The position numbers and the translations under genes were made by a program. Below, one piece after another: positions 31,844 to 33,455 of a DNA stretch of 33,455 nt. Position 1 is the first letter of the stretch; every line of letters starts with the position of its first letter. The stretch covers positions 1 through 33,455 of the forward strand of contig NIVC01003395.1 of NCBI GenBank assembly GCA_002269645.1, read 5' to 3'. The stretch is from Macrostomum lignano. Taxonomy: Eukaryota. Below the pieces are notes generated by a model. The model saw nothing but the letters and a program-made list of their open reading frames with translations, did not search any database and was not told the DNA's origin.

Positions 31844-32533
31844 GGTCTGCGGTCATTTCGTCTGCCGCCTTTTCGTCTGCCAAAGAATTTTAGCAGACGA
31901 AACGACTTTTTTATTTATGTTTATTTTGGTTCACTTATTTAGTATTTTTTATGTAGGGAATTAAAATAAATTAGTATAAGCAAGTTTTAAGTATGTTTTC
32001 TTATTGATACATTTTGTTTTTCTTCATTTTCTACGACGCATCGATGCGAAGTTATTTTCTGAGAAAGTGGTGTTATCGATAATTTTTTCACCATGGACTC
32101 ATGCGTAACAAGGACCACTAGAAGTTACCGTTACAACGTAACTTCTAGTGGTCCTTGATGCGTAATTTGTAAAAAACATTTTACAATTTTACAATTTTAC
32201 AGTTTACAATTTACAAAATTTTACAATTTTAAAAAATTTGCAATTATTTGTAAAAAGAAAGTTGGAAGGAAACTAAACGGTTGGAGATACTTGCTTCTGG
32301 CTTTGTGTATTTATATGCAACATATTAGCTCCGGAACTTTCAGAAAAATCCTAGCATTATAATAAATTACAATTAATAAGACATTTACATTACACTTCCA
32401 TGCGAAGCTTGATGGCATAATTAGTTATTCCGATTTATATATTATATATATTGGCAGACGAAACGACTATATCGTATATTGGCAGACGAAAAGGCGGCAG
32501 ACGAAAAGGCGGCAGACGAAATGACCGTCAACC
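31844..32533. mobile_element. Non-autonomous TIR element (~690 bp), GG...CC termini, 8-bp (possibly 9-bp) TSD CCTTACAC; MULE- or Merlin-like
   Basis: cggtcatttcgtctgccgccttttcgtctgcc (from 31850) is inverted at the right end (to 32527); repeated GGCAGACGAAA motifs; CCTTACAC at 31836-31843 and 32534-32541. Confidence 0.82.
32109..32157. mobile_element. 49-bp palindromic micro-element with 20-bp perfect TIRs and 8-bp TSD ATGCGTAA
   Basis: atgcgtaa|CAAGGACCACTAGAAGTTAC-cgttacaac-GTAACTTCTAGTGGTCCTTG|atgcgtaa. Confidence 0.88.
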
Positions 32534-32869
32534 CCTTACACAAACTAGGCCTACTGAATGATAGGCACTACCTACAGAGACACACAAAACAAGTTTAAAA
32601 TACGGAAAATTGATTATTTGACATGAAACGGGCGATAACATTCAAGCTCCAGCTCTGCACATGGGGTCCTTTTCTTTCTCAAGTTAGCTTCTCACACTAG
32701 GAGCTCGGCTGCTCGAGGTGGATCTATTTATTTGCTTAAAAAAGCTCTTTGTTGGAGTAGTTTAAAGTAATGCGCTATAACAGTCATGTTAGTTGTATCC
32801 GATATCGTTATATCATTCCGGAAAAATGTACGGAAGTTTACCTATCGAAGATATATCAATGGTATATTC

Positions 32870-32962
32870 TTCTGCAGTCGGGATGCATGATATCGGTATA
32901 ACACGCGAGCGCCGGTAGGCGCGAGTCGTGTTATTCCAATATCATGCATCCCGACTGCAGAA
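32870..32962. repeat. Hairpin/MITE-like palindrome, 36-bp arms with 2 mismatches
   Basis: ttctgcagtcgggatgcatgatatcggtataacacg ... cgtgttattccaatatcatgcatcccgactgcagaa. Confidence 0.8.
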
Positions 32963-33455
32963 AAGTGCATTGACTAGTGTTTCCAAATAGGCTATAGTTG
33001 TTTATGATCGAGAAAGACAATAACACGCAGTCTCAGTAGAATCTGTATAGTTCAATTTTGTTATGTCATTTATCTCTCTCCCTCGCTGCCTTCTGATTGG
33101 CTCTCAGTTCTCACCTCTTTCCTCAGTTGCGGAAACCACCCCACCCCCTGTCTTATCTTGCACCCCCCAGTATATTTGAATAAATATACCCGTTTAGGCC
33201 CTGCGCTTCGCTATCGTTTTTTCCGAAGCCTCTTCAAGACAACCTGAAAACCGTACCGTTTTCCGAGAAGACCGCTCGAGGATATCGATTCCTTCAAGAA
33301 TTTATGAAGAATCTGAGTGCGAAGGCCGGTCTAAGCAAGGTCTACACTAATCACTGTATTAGGTAAGTAAATTTCGTTTTCCGATATGGTATATAAATAC
33401 GAGCTAGTTTTAAATAGTTCATATAAAATTACTTTCCTTTGATTCTTCCCACAGA

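Noticed and set aside
33290-33370. Possible first exon of a downstream gene (ATG ~33304, GTAAGT ~33363)
   Set aside because: Too short and too close to the window edge to support a call.

Overview
Eukaryotic (invertebrate-like) genomic window with spliced genes and dense minisatellites; a free-living flatworm such as Macrostomum is only a guess from composition. Host genes: a 3-exon heat-shock factor (+, ~1265-3524), a 2-exon GT32/DXD glycosyltransferase (-, 8550-6666) whose intron is mostly a ~580-bp hairpin, an unidentified multi-exon gene (+, from 9142), and a class I ARF GTPase (-, 29258-17801). The ARF intron is inflated to 10.9 kb by a 10.3-kb EnSpm/CACTA (CMC) transposon with 17-bp TIRs and a CA duplication. 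That element carries a transposase, an orphan ORF and a BEN-domain ORF, plus two apparently identical DNA-binding-domain-only mariner derivatives, one inside a transposase intron. Also present: a gypsy LTR-gag fragment, a 1.3-kb element with 141-bp TIRs and a 6-bp TSD (possible non-autonomous Polinton), several MITEs including a 49-bp one, and about a dozen tandem arrays. No rRNA, tRNA or CRISPR array was recognised. All family assignments come from motif recognition by eye, not database searches.
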